A stretch of 64,000 nucleotides of DNA. Source: Elsinoe ampelina (Eukaryota). A program made the translations under genes and the position numbers. Positions 1 through 12,359 of this stretch are shown in pieces (position 1 is the stretch's first letter; each line of letters opens with the position of its first letter). The DNA lies in NCBI GenBank assembly GCA_010093995.1, contig ML992505.1, forward strand, positions 1,009,147-1,073,146, written 5' to 3'. Below the pieces are notes generated by a model. That model was not told the origin of the DNA and searched no databases. It worked only from the letters and a program-made list of their open reading frames with translations.

Positions 1-1198
1 TTATTAAGCCTTTACTTAACCTCCTTAAGGGTTTATTAGTTTAGTAACTATCCTTCTAGCCTTAGATGCTTATTTAAGTAATAGTACTTGCTCTACTTAT
101 GCCGCTTCTAGTATATACATCTAGGCTCCCTAGTAGAACTAGGCTCTTTTATAGAGTCCTTAGTAGCTATAGGGAATACTATTGCTCCCTTACTAGCCTT
201 TATAGTACTATATAGCTTATAAAGTTTATAAAACTATCTAAACTTAGTAATTAGTTTAAGCATAGTTAGTAGAGTTAGTAAATCTAGATCAATAAGATAT
301 TTGTTAGTAAATGCTAGTTTAGTCCTTAAGATAGAAAGCAAGAAGTCTCTCTATAGCCTTAAGCCTTAAGCTTCTAGTAGATTATAATTCCTAGCCTTGT
401 CTATAACCTCTTCCTATTACTAAAGCTAATAGTCCATGTTCTATAATAATAGACTAGAGAGCTATCTCCTCTAGAGAGCTTTAACCTTAAGCTGAATTAT
501 AGCATTAGATAGTACAAATCTGTTCTTTAATGCTCTAAGGATAGCCTATAGATAGGGATCTCCCTCTAGTTAGATAACTATAAGAACTTATAGTGCAATT
601 AATAACTAAATAAGGCTAGCTAGATCTACTAAGGCCTTATACTGTTTGTTATACTAAGCTTACTTCTCCTTATAGATCTAGAAGAGTGCTAAGAAGTTAG
701 GATCTAATATATCTAGCCTCTAAGGCTTAGGGAGCCCTTTAGGCTTAATACTCTCCTAAGGATTAATAAGGTGCTAGATCTTAGTATTTAAAGCTCTAGT
801 CTTAATAATATATAGCTAGCTAGCCTATTTAGCTAATGTAGTAAGAATGATAGGTGTTCTAGCTGTTAGTGTGTTAGTATCTATAGTTATTTATCTCTTT
901 ATTAACATCTGAATTCTATAGTAGTAGATAAGGCAGTACTTAACAGATTCTAGTACTTAAAAAGCGAGATAATAGAGAATGAACTAATAAATCGAGTAGA
1001 GAAGCCACTAAATAATATACTTATATAGGGGTAGTTATACCGGGCTTATAACTGTTAACTTGTGTATAGGGAGGGAAAGAGATTTATTACTGCCTAATCC
1101 ACCCAAATTAGGTGGATTGTAACTATATATATACTTAACCTAATGAACTAAGAGATAGCTAAATTAGAAGAACTCCTTAATGGTAATAGAATAAGACA
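1..1198 (-). mobile_element. RIP-degraded Ty1/Copia LTR retrotransposon, 5' end (LTR, PBS, gag); continues off the left edge
   Basis: Minus strand: putative LTR TGTCTT...TTAACA (~1198-1053), followed directly by GTTATAAGCCC (RIP form of the GTTATGAGCCC PBS-like motif of fungal Copia). A gag-like frame starts ~885 (TPIILTT..W..WLYIIKTRA..IW..INP after reversing TAG). Strong TpA excess and CpA/TpG depletion. Confidence 0.7.
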
Positions 1199-2074
1199 AT
1201 AACCGTCTAAATTGATCATGAATTGGTATAACTGTTGATGAGTGCTCAGTTCAACCTTGGTTGCACTGAATCAGGGTCCTTCTTGGCACCACAGCTCTTG
1301 CCGAGGTTGACAGTTACACCGTATCATGTGACCTGCAAACCATCAACATCAAGCTCTGTGCTTGATCCATGGAGAAGGCATGAAAGGTTGGTGGAGAAGC
1401 TGCCACATCCCGATGAGAAGCTTCGACCCCACCGAGACGATCCGGGCTGACTTGCGAGCATTTGTTCCCAGCGTCCCGCATCGTGAGATGAGGCTCAACA
1501 AATGGGGCGGACCGTTGGCATTCAGGCATGAAGCTAAGCTACCAAACCAAGCCGACATGAACAACGTGGACAATGTTCGTCTCAATCCATCTGAGACTGG
1601 TAGGTACTTCTACGATCAAAAGATCAGATGTAGTATAAGTCCATAACTAGTCAGCGTGCAATGTACCTTTTTGCAGAGACCAGAACCAGAGATTGGAAGC
1701 GGGGGACTCGCAGCGGGATCAGTTGATGAGTTCGCGTGTTGCAAATGCAATCCTCATCTCGATGATCGCCCGACTTTTCGATCCCAGGCCGCAATTGCTG
1801 CTGGTTCGCCCTCGGGCTACACGTTCCCTGACAGCTGCTGGACGTGGACACAATTGCATGATCTTGAATTGTAAAGTTGGAGCTCTGACCTTGACACTGC
1901 AACATTCGTCGTCCTAATCGATATCGTTGAGCAGCAATTGCGATATTGTCTTGAGCATTCGTCGTGGAGATTCGTCGATCGCCGAATCAGCAGACGCGTC
2001 CCGCAGCGATTGCACAAATCACCTGCACCCCCTGCAGAAGACCAGCAAACCACAATGCGAACCATCGCGAGCCC

Positions 2075-4818
2075 ATGGACATTCGAAATAATCTTCGGCG
2101 CATGTTAGGGCGTTCGAAGGAAGTCAAGAAACATAACATCTCGGCCAAAACTATCAGTCCAAAAGCAAAACCAGAAGCAGTCAACACCGTTTCCGCCCGT
2201 CTTCCTTCTTCTGCGGCCTCATTACTGCATGGGGAAACCGCCGATCATCCACCTCGTCCCATCTCATCTCCCTCAACTTCTTCAACTGTAGCCACAAATG
2301 ACCAACTCGACCACTCGACCGACGATAATTCTTCCGAGTCGATAAGAGACAAGCAGAGTACAGACGATACGAGCTTGGAAGACATTGCATCTCCACCGCC
2401 GGCCAAGGAGCTTGCGGTAGACGGAGTTTCAGAAGCTGGATTGGCCTCTTCGGAGGACATCCCAACCCAAGAGGACTCTGTACGGGAAGAGCTGGACTCT
2501 GCCTCACATCCCGAAGTAGTCGTTCAGCAGCCGACTCCACCGCCCCAGAATGAGAATATCCTACCGGCTCCGCCAGATCCGTCAATCGCGCAACAGATAG
2601 CAGCGAGCAGGTACGACACCCTTCTTTCTTTACATTCCTCGCGGCATACTCGGGACGCAAACTACATGACCTAGGCACTGCAAATGCGCAATCAGTCCAC
2701 ACGTCAAATTGCTATACTGCACTGCGTCTTTGGCTACCATTGTCGTAACTACCACTAACATTGCGTGATAGTTTCGATTCGATCCAGTCAACGGCAGTCT
2801 CTAGCTATACCCATCCATCGCCCGCACAATCCAATCCTTCCATCGCTCGGATACAAGCAGAAGCAGAACCGCGACGACAATCCCTAGTCTCCAATTCAAA
2901 CGTCCCAGAAATCCAGCAGATCCTCACCGGCTCCGACACATCCGTGAACCAGATCACATCTCCTGCAAGTCTTACGGCACATTCCTCGCACTCCGGCAGT
3001 CATACAGGAAGTCTAGCAGCCATGCTGACCCGAAAGATTTGGGTCAAGCGACCTGGCGCATCTGCGACCTTGGTGGCAATAAGAGAGGATGACTTGGTGG
3101 ACGATGCGCGCGATAAGATTCTTACAAAATACTCAAACTCATTGGGTAGAACGTATGATTCTCCGGATGTAACACTCCGGATATCCGCAAGGTCAGATGG
3201 TCCAAGATCACAACCGCAGGAAAGGTTACTTGGACCCGAAGAGGACTTGTGCAGAGTACTGGATTCATACTATCCAGGTGGTCAGATGGTAACGGAAGCC
3301 CTCATCATTGATATCCCGCCAAAGAAGACTCCACGACCATCGCCAAGGCATCAATACCACAATAGTAATGGTCACAACAACTATCACTCTCTGGAAGAGT
3401 TTCGACCGCATGAGTCCGGCACAGATTACTTTCCACCAATGCCAGCTGTCGTACAGACAGTAAATGGCCAGACCGCGACCATACACGATCCACGGACGGG
3501 TCATGCTCAGGTCCTTCAACTTCCAGATCATACCCGATCAATCTCTGTACTGCAAACGGGCCAGGTCCCTCCACTTCCATCACCCGGCGCAGCAACCCGC
3601 CGGCATCGACCGAAATACGCAAGGCAACACACCTCTTCGCCGACAATCATGGCTCATCCGACTAATGCAGCTGCAGTCGCCGCACTGAACTCCCCTAATC
3701 CTATCGGCCAACATGTGCCGCTTCGCAACAATCTCGTCCGACCACGTCATGATTCCAATGCTTCAGAAAGGCCAAATGGAGTGCCACCAGCTCCACCTCT
3801 TCCCACTCCACCCGCGCCAGAAGCAGCGCCGACTGCAAAGACTGGCTCGACTCCTCCCACTCCGGTTCCGCGCGATCACCATCGTGTGCCTCGCCCTCGT
3901 AAGACTAGGAAAGTGACGCCCACGAATGGCACAGCGACGGTGAAGCCATCCGCTCTCTCATCTCTGCTAGACGGCAGTGTCCCACCCATCAATGTCCTCA
4001 TTGTAGAAGACAATATCATCAACCTGAAGCTTCTCGAGGCGTTTATGAAGCGCCTCAAGGTCCGCTGGTCGACTGCCATGAACGGCCAAATCGCCGTCAA
4101 CAAATGGCGGACAGGCGGCTTCCATCTAGTTCTCATGGATATCCAACTCCCCATCATGTCCGGTCTCGACGCCACGAAGGAGATCCGCCGGCTAGAGCGT
4201 GTCAACGGAATTGGTGTCTTCAGCAATTCCCAGCCCGGCACGCCCAATCGCGGCGTGAAGAGGGAGGAGACAAATGGCAGCACGGAAAGCGACGGGACAA
4301 TCACCGAGACGCCCGGAACAGAAGAAGAGCGCGACGAAGAACGCCGCCGCCAAGAGCGCGAAAAGGATCGACTGGTCATGGACGAGGGTCTTTTCAAGTC
4401 CCCTGTGATCATCGTGGCTTTGACAGCCAGCAGTCTGCAAAGCGACAGGCACGAAGCGCTGGCAGCGGGATGCAACGATTTCTTGACAAAGGTATGTCCC
4501 TTGCTTCCCTGTCCCTTGCCCTGATTCCATACTGACTTTTTCCGTGTCCAGCCCGTCAACTTTGTCTGGCTAGAACGAAAAGTCAAAGAATGGGGCTGCA
4601 TGCAGGCTCTAATCGACTTTGATGGGTGGCGCAAATGGAAGGATTTTTCGAGCGAGAAAGTCGATGCTGTGGCTGTGGACAAGAAGGGTGGGGATGGGGT
4701 TAGTAAGGCTGATTTGGAGAAGAAGGCGAAGGAGAAGAAGAGGGGGAGGGAGAAGGAGAGAGAGAGGGAGAAGAGGGTGAGTTTGGAGTTGGGGAGGGGG
4801 GGTTTGGAGGGCCAGTAG
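2075..4818 (+). CDS. SSK1: HOG-pathway response regulator Ssk1/SskA (3 exons: 2075-2610, 2772-4491, 4552-4818)
   Basis: RKIWVKRPGASATLV domain. Receiver domain PPINVLIVEDNIINLKLL...LMDIQLP...ALTASSLQSDRHEALAAGCNDFLTK|PVNFVWLERKVKEWGCMQALIDFDGWRKWK. GT-AG introns with CTAAC/CTGAC branch sites keep the frame. Confidence 0.95.
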
Positions 4819-5280
4819 GGAGTGCCAGTAGGGAGGGAGGAGGAAAGCAGAGAGGGGGAGTGGAAAGTGATGATGAAGAGTCATAGCGAGGCGTAATCCA
4901 TCTTGATCTCTATCCCTCGCTTTCATGAGGTTCACTCTGGATGTAACGTTACACTGTAGAAAGCGTACCATGGCCAAGGGTGTAGAGGTAGGAGATACAG
5001 TCTTTCATCATGTTGAGCTATGCTACGCTATGCTATGCTGAGCTCAATACGCTATACGCATTGTACTTTTGATATCGGCCGTGACACATTTCCCTCCCTG
5101 CCCCTTTTCCCGTCTCCCTCAAATCTCCTGCACCTTGGTCTTGACAGCCCCTGCAGCCTTTGTCTTTGTCCTCTTCGCCTTTTTCGTCGTAGTCGTCGTC
5201 TTCTTCGTCTTCTCCCCCACCACAACCTTCTTCTTCGTACTCACTCCCTTGACCGTCGTCCGGGCCTTCTTCACCGCAAG

Positions 5281-6036
5281 TCATTTCTGCGTAACCCCAT
5301 TCACCTGCGCCACCAACTGCGGCCAAAACCTACTGAACTTGTCATACGCCGAGGTGGTACTGATATAAATCCCCGTGATGTTATTCGCCGTCACGGCGTT
5401 GATCATCTGCTTCTGCTGCGCCGCCGTGCCGCCGAACCCCTGGATGATGAAGGCTGTTTTCTGCTTCGGGCCCTGCAGCGCGTTGGTCGGGAAGGACGTC
5501 AGCGCCGAGTCGAATTCTCTGGCGTAGTTCTCGAAGCCGACTATCGTGTCGGCCAGGGGGTAGTATTCTCGCGGGACCGCGACGCCGGGGTTGAGGACGA
5601 TGCGTTTGTTGGTGGATTTCAGGGAGGTGCGGGCTGTGGTGGTGAGGTCTTTCATGTAGCTGAGGAGGGCGGGGGTGTTGTTGGATGGGGATTCGTCGAA
5701 GAAGATGCCGTCCAGGGCGATGTTGGCGGGTTTGTATTGGGCCCAGGAGGCGTAGGTGGCGATGTCGGATTGGACTTCGGTGGAGGGGCGGGCGCCGTAT
5801 TGGACGTGGGTGTAGCCGAGGAGTTGGGTGTTGGGCTTGGAGTTTAGTTTGGCGATGGTGTCGATCCAGGTTTGGTCGGGAGGGGTGCCGGAGGTGCCTG
5901 GGCCTGAGTTGGGGTTGATGATGATGTTGAAGTTGACGTTGGGGTATTTGTCGATTTGGTCGTAGAGGGGTTGCCAGGCGTTGGGTCCGGGCCAGAGGTA
6001 GAGGGGGAAGAGGATGAAGGGTTTGAAGAAGACCAT
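5281..6036 (-). CDS. Spherulin-4 family protein (GH135, Sph3-like), 251 aa
   Basis: Motifs PLYLWP..W, IINPNSGPG, LLGYTHVQYG, LDGIFFDE, IVLNPG, DTIVGFE. ATG at 6036 starts the domain; the longer ORF extension upstream looks non-coding. Confidence 0.9.
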   Translation of the reverse strand: MVFFKPFILFPLYLWPGPNAWQPLYDQIDKYPNVNFNIIINPNSGPGTSGTPPDQTWIDTIAKLNSKPNTQLLGYTHVQYGARPSTEVQSDIATYASWAQYKPANIALDGIFFDESPSNNTPALLSYMKDLTTTARTSLKSTNKRIVLNPGVAVPREYYPLADTIVGFENYAREFDSALTSFPTNALQGPKQKTAFIIQGFGGTAAQQKQMINAVTANNITGIYISTTSAYDKFSRFWPQLVAQVNGVTQK

Positions 6037-6781
6037 TGTGGGTGATGAGAAGGTCGGATATGTGATGTACAGGTATTGACAGTGAATAGAATTAAAGGAA
6101 TGACGGTGCGCACTGCGGCAAAAGGAATGTGGACAAAGAGAGTGTGGTCGACCTCGAACGTTGGAGACAGAAAAAGACGTGATACAAACCAAGAGCGCTT
6201 GTCAACGTTCTTATGGATTGACGACAATCCGGTAGTGGGAGCGCCAGCGGCCGTTGCAAAGGCGGAATGAGGCTCCTCAGAACGTTGTACGCATCCCGGG
6301 CGTCGCATACCACATGGATGATGGATGGCGAGATGCGCATAGCGGGACCTCACAGCGGCTGGTGAAACACAATCATTCTGTCAAGGCCGCGTGCAGAACG
6401 AGGTGCCGTGCATAAAATCGTGGCTTTTGAGGCATCACCGTTGTCGTAATTGGTCTGGAACCCCGCTCTCGTGGGACACAGGGCGGTACAAGGGCTTGAA
6501 GGGAGTGGAGTTTGTGCATGGGTGGAAATTGAAAAAAGGAGTGAAGGAGGTCGAGGTGCAGGAGAAGCGACCGGAAGGAAGGTCTCGATTTGCCCACAGC
6601 ACGTGCCAAGGCCGTGACAGCATGACCGCATCCATGCCATCATTGACTGGACGGCCCTGAGCGAGTGTGGTCCAGGTATCGATCGGGTATCTTCTATGAA
6701 TATGCATGCCATTCCTTCCTAGCTGCATACACCAAATTGATCAAGGACCCAAGGACCTGGTCATCTAGAAAAGCATCCATC

Positions 6782-7107
6782 ATGTCTCCAATTCGTTCAC
6801 CAAAGTTCATGATCGGTCTGGCCAATCTATTTGCTATTGGAGGATCTACATACTGGATGAGGAGCTGGCATGTCTACAATCTTGAGGAACACGAAGCACG
6901 AATGGACGAGCTAGAAGGTACACTCAGAGGTCACATTGGTCTCATCGAGGACGCATTAGACCGTTTAGAGGGCAAGGCCAACGAGAACAAAATGTACGCG
7001 GGACACGCAGACCCACTTGCCGGCAGTTTGTAGCACAAGCTGATCAAACTTGTAGGGATGCTTTGTACAGCACGAGAGGTAGATTCGAGAAGAACAAAGA
7101 AAAGTAG
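6782..7107 (+). CDS. Small hypothetical protein, one hydrophobic segment plus coiled coil (probable intron 6994-7055)
   Basis: MSPIRSPKFMIGLANLFAIGGSTYW...EEHEARMDELEGTLRGHIGLIEDALDRLE. A GTACGC..GCTGAT..TAG intron gives the in-frame ending MDALYSTRGRFEKNKEK*. Confidence 0.55.
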
Positions 7108-7590
7108 AATTGCAGGATCAAGGAACTGAGAGGTATCCTGCGGGTTTGTTGGATGTAGCTGCAGCATGGTCATGCTTGACCGCTTGAAGTACGGAAAGTG
7201 GTGGTGATTCGGTGGAGCATGGCGCGACGCTTGCATTGTCAACAGCGCTACGGTAATCGAAGGCCATAGTATTGCATCACAGCTGCTGTCATGTAAATAG
7301 GTATGTAAGCCTAGTACATGAAAGGTGATGCTCGAACGAGATGAGGGCAATATGGGAAGGTGCCAAGGACAACTGTGATTGGCCATCGCAGCTCCCCCTT
7401 TCGAGGGTCTTTGGTCCTGAAGTGTGCATGTCAGTGCTCCAACACCCAAAGAACATCCAACGTCGCCTGCATATTCACTCAACTCGCAGGGATCAGCTGA
7501 GCTATTCCGCGCATCCATTGCATCTCAATTGCACCCGCCATTACTCGGCATTACATTCATTGCAACCATAGCGCTCATTGACACACAATC

Positions 7591-9097
7591 ATGTCATCCA
7601 ACGCAGTTAGTTCCTCGCAGTATCTGGCCTTCTCCCGGGTCCAACAACTCCCCACGCGCGGTCACTCACACTTGAACAGATCAGAATACGTCGCAAGAAG
7701 AATGTCAAGAAGGGAATTCAGTTCTGTCTGATGGTATGTGGCGCATCAGGCACGGGTATGTGAGAGCCATCACCGACTCCGGATCAAGCTCACGCCAGCA
7801 GGTCGCACCACATTCGTCAACACACTTTGCGGCAAGAGCGTTCTTCAAGGGCGAGACGATGACGACCCAGCCAATGCTCACATCGAAGAGGGTGTCCGGA
7901 TAAAGCCCATGACTGTTGGTATGCAGAATCAACCGGCCTCGGCCAATACGAGTACTAACGGTCATCACAGAGCTCGAGCTCGACGAAGAAGGAACCCGCA
8001 TCTCTCTCACAGTTGTTGACACACCCGGTTTTGGCGATCAGATTGATAACGAGGCGAGGTACGAAACATAAGAGCAAGGAATTGAATAATCTGGCTGATA
8101 ACTTCTAGCTTCGGCGAAATTGTCGGATATCTCGAGCGCCAATACGACGACATTCTTGCGGAAGAGTCCAGGATCAAACGTAATCCGAGATTCCGGGACA
8201 ACCGCGTTCATGCTCTCCTCTACTTTATCACACCCACCGGACACGGGTAAGTCACAATCTCTGGCAGTCGCCAACTGCGATTCCTACAGTCACGAATGCG
8301 TCCATGGTATCTAGTTACTGATTCACGACAGCCTTCGCGAGCTGGACATTGAGCTCATGAAGCGGCTCTCCCCTCGCGTCAATGTCATCCCAGTCATCGG
8401 CAAGGCCGATTCTCTCACACCTGCAGAACTCGCCGAGTCCAAGAAGCTCATCATGGAGGATATCGAGCACTACCGCATTCCCGTTTACAACTTTCCCTAC
8501 GATATTGAAGAGGATGATGAGGACACCGTTGAGGAGAATGCCGAGCTCCGTGGTCTCATGCCATTCGCCATTGTCGGTTCAGAAGATGTTGTAGAGGTTG
8601 GTGGTCGTCGCATCAGAGCCAGGCAATACCCATGGGGCATCGTGGAAGTGGACAATCCTCGTCACAGTGACTTTCTCGCCATTAGAAGTGCGCTTCTCCA
8701 CAGCCATCTGGCCGACCTCAAGGAGATCACTCATGATTTTCTCTACGAAAACTACCGTACCGAGAAACTCTCAAAGAGCGTCGAGGGCGGCGCTACTGCG
8801 TATGTGCATCTTTATGCGGACATTCTTATTGCTCAAGCTAACCAACTGGACAGCGATTCGTCACTCGCCCCTGAGGATCTGGCTACCCAATCCGTCCGCC
8901 TCAAGGAGGAACAGCTCCGCCGTGAGGAGGAGAAGCTCAAGGAGATTGAGCTCAAGGTCCAACGCGAGATCAACGAGAAGAGACAGGAGCTGCTGGCCAG
9001 GGAGAGTCAACTCAAGGAGATCGAGGCACGCATGCATAGGGAGCAGAGTGCAGCACTGCAGCCACACTCGGAAGAAGGCACCGAGGCAGGTGCTTGA
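7591..9097 (+). CDS. CDC11: Septin, Cdc11/AspA group (multi-exon)
   Basis: Polybasic RRKKNVKKGIQFCLMVCGASGTG|RTTFVNTLC P-loop, DTPGFGD, IGKADSLT (G4), RQYPWG, YENYRTEKL, C-terminal coiled coil. Several short GT-AG introns. Confidence 0.93.
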
Positions 9098-9462
9098 GAG
9101 GTCTGTTCACACACATGAGCACCTCAGTACATTCATCGACTTTTGAGGGACACTCCAGGCTTGGCTTCATAGATACCTCTTTTCTTGGTCCGGCTTGTTG
9201 CGCGGCGATTGCGCCTCACAAAATTCCCCTTGTTGTCTAGAGAGCGAGTATCTTAGTTGATAATAGGCGTCGACTTGAAAAGCTATATCAAGCAGGTCTT
9301 ATACCATCAGCTTTCTTCTGAACATTGTGCCTCTTTTGTCCAGTCAACTTCCAGACCCACTTTTGCCTCTAGGCCTCGGCTCACCGCGCCCCCTCCATCC
9401 CAGCATTATCCTTCCCATATCCCCTCTCCCCTTCTTTCCACCACTACCCCTTCTCAGCAACC

Positions 9463-10377
9463 ATGGACCTCCCCCTCTCAGACCCCACCCTCCCCTCGCC
9501 CCCCTTCCACCACTGCCCCGGCCTCCCCAACCTCCGCGACGTAGGAGGCTACCCTCTCACCGTCCCCACCTCCCCCACCACCCACTCCGTCACCCGCGGC
9601 CTCCTCTACCGCTCCGCCGACCCCTCCCGCATCACGCCCCAAAGCCTCTCCCTCCTGCGCGACACGCTCGGAATCCGCACCGTCTTCGACCTACGCTCGG
9701 TCCCCGAAATCCAACGTGCAGGCGCCGAACGGGGCGGGACGGGGGCGGATGAATCACCTTTCTTCTCAGCAGGGGACAGCGAGGAAGTCAAGCGCCAAAA
9801 GGGGGTGGAGAGGGTGTGGACGCCCGTGTTCCGCGAGGAGGACTACAGTCCGGAAAAGGTCGGGGTGAGGTACAAGGCTTACACGCGGGGGGCGGAGGGG
9901 TTCAGGGAGGCGTATAGGGATATTCTTGCCGCGGCGGGGGAGGCGTATGCGGTGGGTTTTAGGCATTTGGCGAGGGGTACTGGGGGGAGGGGGCAGGGGG
10001 GAGGGCAGGGGGCGACGTTGGTGCATTGTACTGCCGGGAAGGATCGGACGGGGTTGTTGGTCGCGGTGTTGTTTGGGTTGCTTGGGGTGGAGAAGGGGAG
10101 GATTTGTGAGGAGTATGCTTTGACGGACAGGGGGTTGGGGTTGATGAAGCCGGTGTTCAAGGAGAGGTTGTTGAGGAATGAGGCGTTGAGGGGGGATGAG
10201 GAGGGGGTGGAGAGTTTGATTGGTTCGAGGGCGGAGAATATGAGGGTTACGTTGGAGTTGGTGGATGAGGTTTATGGGGGCGCGGAGGGGTATTTGAGGA
10301 AGGTGGTGGGGTTGACGGATGGGGAGATTGAGGGGTTGAGGAGGAATTTTGGGAGTGAGGAGGAGCCGGTGTTGTGA
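9463..10377 (+). CDS. Tyrosine/serine protein phosphatase (Y_phosphatase3 / PtpB-like), 304 aa
   Basis: NLRDVGGY, LYRSA, TVFDLRS..E and catalytic HCTAGKDRTG (CX5R) motifs. Confidence 0.92.
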   Translation: MDLPLSDPTLPSPPFHHCPGLPNLRDVGGYPLTVPTSPTTHSVTRGLLYRSADPSRITPQSLSLLRDTLGIRTVFDLRSVPEIQRAGAERGGTGADESPFFSAGDSEEVKRQKGVERVWTPVFREEDYSPEKVGVRYKAYTRGAEGFREAYRDILAAAGEAYAVGFRHLARGTGGRGQGGGQGATLVHCTAGKDRTGLLVAVLFGLLGVEKGRICEEYALTDRGLGLMKPVFKERLLRNEALRGDEEGVESLIGSRAENMRVTLELVDEVYGGAEGYLRKVVGLTDGEIEGLRRNFGSEEEPVL

Positions 10378-10481
10378 CTTGGGGAGAAGGGGAGGTTGTG
10401 AGGGGTGGTATTAGGGTTCTAACACAGGAGTGGAGGCTATGGATATGGGTCTTCGAAGCTGGCTGAATACCAACGACAAAT

Positions 10482-11216
10482 TCATCCCTCGGCAAAGTAG
10501 GTCACCTCCTTCAAGCATGGACCTTGGCCGATGAAGGATCTTTCCTCCCCAGGGTACCAGAGGGCTTCTGTGGCAGCATCACCTCGAGGACACCCGTCGT
10601 CGACAATAGACATGGAGCAACCGTCGTTGAACCCCCATGACAAGCAACCCGCAGAGCCAGTGAAGCATGACATACAGCAGTCCGCCGCAGAGATGTCGGT
10701 GGTGTTGATGTCTCGCGACTGGAAAGATTGGTAGCGGTTGTTGACAACAATGGTGCCTCTCTTCAAGCCATAGTTGGTCGACGCATTGCACGCCTGAACA
10801 TACGCCGTCACTCTGGCAGCCCGCGAGAAGGTGTATGTTGTCGTCAAGGTGGTAGTTGGTGTCGGTGCTGTCGTGGTGCTCGTGATGGCAGCCTCACAGG
10901 GCACAGAGGTGCGGCGAGCTAGCTGATCGGCGACTCCTGTGGTTATCGGCAGGGTTGACTGAAGGCTCGCAGTCGTTGGAGGCAATAGAGCATATGCCGT
11001 GACGGTGGAAGTTGTGTAGAATACGTCGAGGTTGGTGTAGGTCGAACTGGTCCTGATAGACTTAGATATAGATACTATATAACAGGGGTACATGCCTTAC
11101 ACTGCTGCAGGTGTTTCTGTGACCCAGACAGTGTCTGCGCATTCCTGTCGTGGCAGTAGTGCACCTGATGCTAAGCTCGAAGCGAGAATGAAGAGCAATG
11201 GTTGGTATTGCCGCAT
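10482..11216 (-). CDS. Secreted Thr-rich protein with Cys-rich C-terminal PAN/apple-like domain (intron ~11053-11100)
   Basis: ATG 11216 gives signal-like MRQYQPLLFILASSLASGALLPRQEC. A GTAAGG...CTAAG..CAG intron joins ORF 10482-11093. C-terminus SAADCCMSCF...GCLSWGF...C...C. Confidence 0.7.
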
Positions 11217-12359
11217 GGTGTTTAAGCTTATCTGAGACTTCGTAGATTTGAGGATTACCGGATGGAGCTCTTCACTAGCACTTGCAGCAGACCGGGATGA
11301 TGCGAGCTTCGCTAGATAGGTGGAAGAAGCTGTTCAAAACGAATGGTTGAGGACAAGATATGTAGCGTGGCAACATAGAAGCCTTTTGTACACAGCGAAG
11401 ACAACTTGAATACCATCCTGGCCAAAGACACAATGCAATCTCCCCAATCGATGAACAGAGCAGCATGCACGAAACATACCAACCACGCTACAGACGAGCC
11501 GGATGCTCAATAGCCATGACTTAGCGTCAAGGTACCTACTCTGTTGACAGGTCCACGACCACGGCCTGCATGGTATGTCGGAACGAGAGCGGAGAAGTGA
11601 CGACGAAAGACGAGGTTTGCAGGCATGTGAAAGGTATTTCCGTCTTCGTTGAGGAGGGTTGAGATTGAGGAGAATTAGTACCGAAGTCGTGGACAGCCAA
11701 TCACGAGCGAGCATGTGGGGACACGTCCTCGACCAGGCGGGACTGCACCGGGGAAGCTGCTCGCCTCGCAATTGTCCCAACATGTGAGCTGACAATGAGG
11801 TCAAGCCCCAAGTCCAGATCACTCATCCTCAGCGCCGCCAGAGCGACATTAGGATGTTGCTTTGGCCAAGGGACGACATGCTAAGTTTATCGATGGAATG
11901 GCCAGACTGTACCAGAGGCTGGTCGACCAGTAGAAGTTCCGCCGACGACAAAAAGAGCGCAACGACGAGTATGAAGGTTGCGCTGGATCCGACGACGAAG
12001 ACGAAGACAAGGATATTTGCACACTGCCACTCTCCCTCCTAGCTGGACTTGTGATTCGGCGGATGAAAAGTTTGACTGGTCGTGATTTCACTAGGGTATG
12101 TGGTATCCGGGTTCGATGCGAAATTCATGTTCCATCCTCATTATTCTGCAGGCCTCAACCCTATCGTCCTCGTGTATATCCCGCTACGTGGCGTGTACAA
12201 GGTTTGCCATACCATGCAATACCAGAATATTCTTAGACGTAAATCTGGGGCAGAAATATGTAGAGATGTATATCAACCCTCCTTGGTCCACCGGCATATT
12301 TACTACAGACCACAAACACCTACCTCCTGCAACCGAGAAAACACCACTCCGCCTCGATC

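Noticed and set aside
1235..1917. Short ORFs between the Copia LTR and SSK1
   Set aside because: No motifs and no consistent splice model. Could be a disrupted gene remnant but cannot be supported.
5020..5847. 275-aa plus-strand ORF and similar long antisense ORFs (3876-4682, 16671-17222, 21632-22225, 25014-25622)
   Set aside because: Shadow frames of real genes on the other strand, favoured by codon bias and C/G skew; no recognisable motifs.
11853..12093. Coding-like fragment DVALAKGRHAKFIDGMARLYQRLVDQ*KFRRRQKE...DDEDEDKD
   Set aside because: Internal stop, no clear start and no family match; at most a pseudogene remnant.
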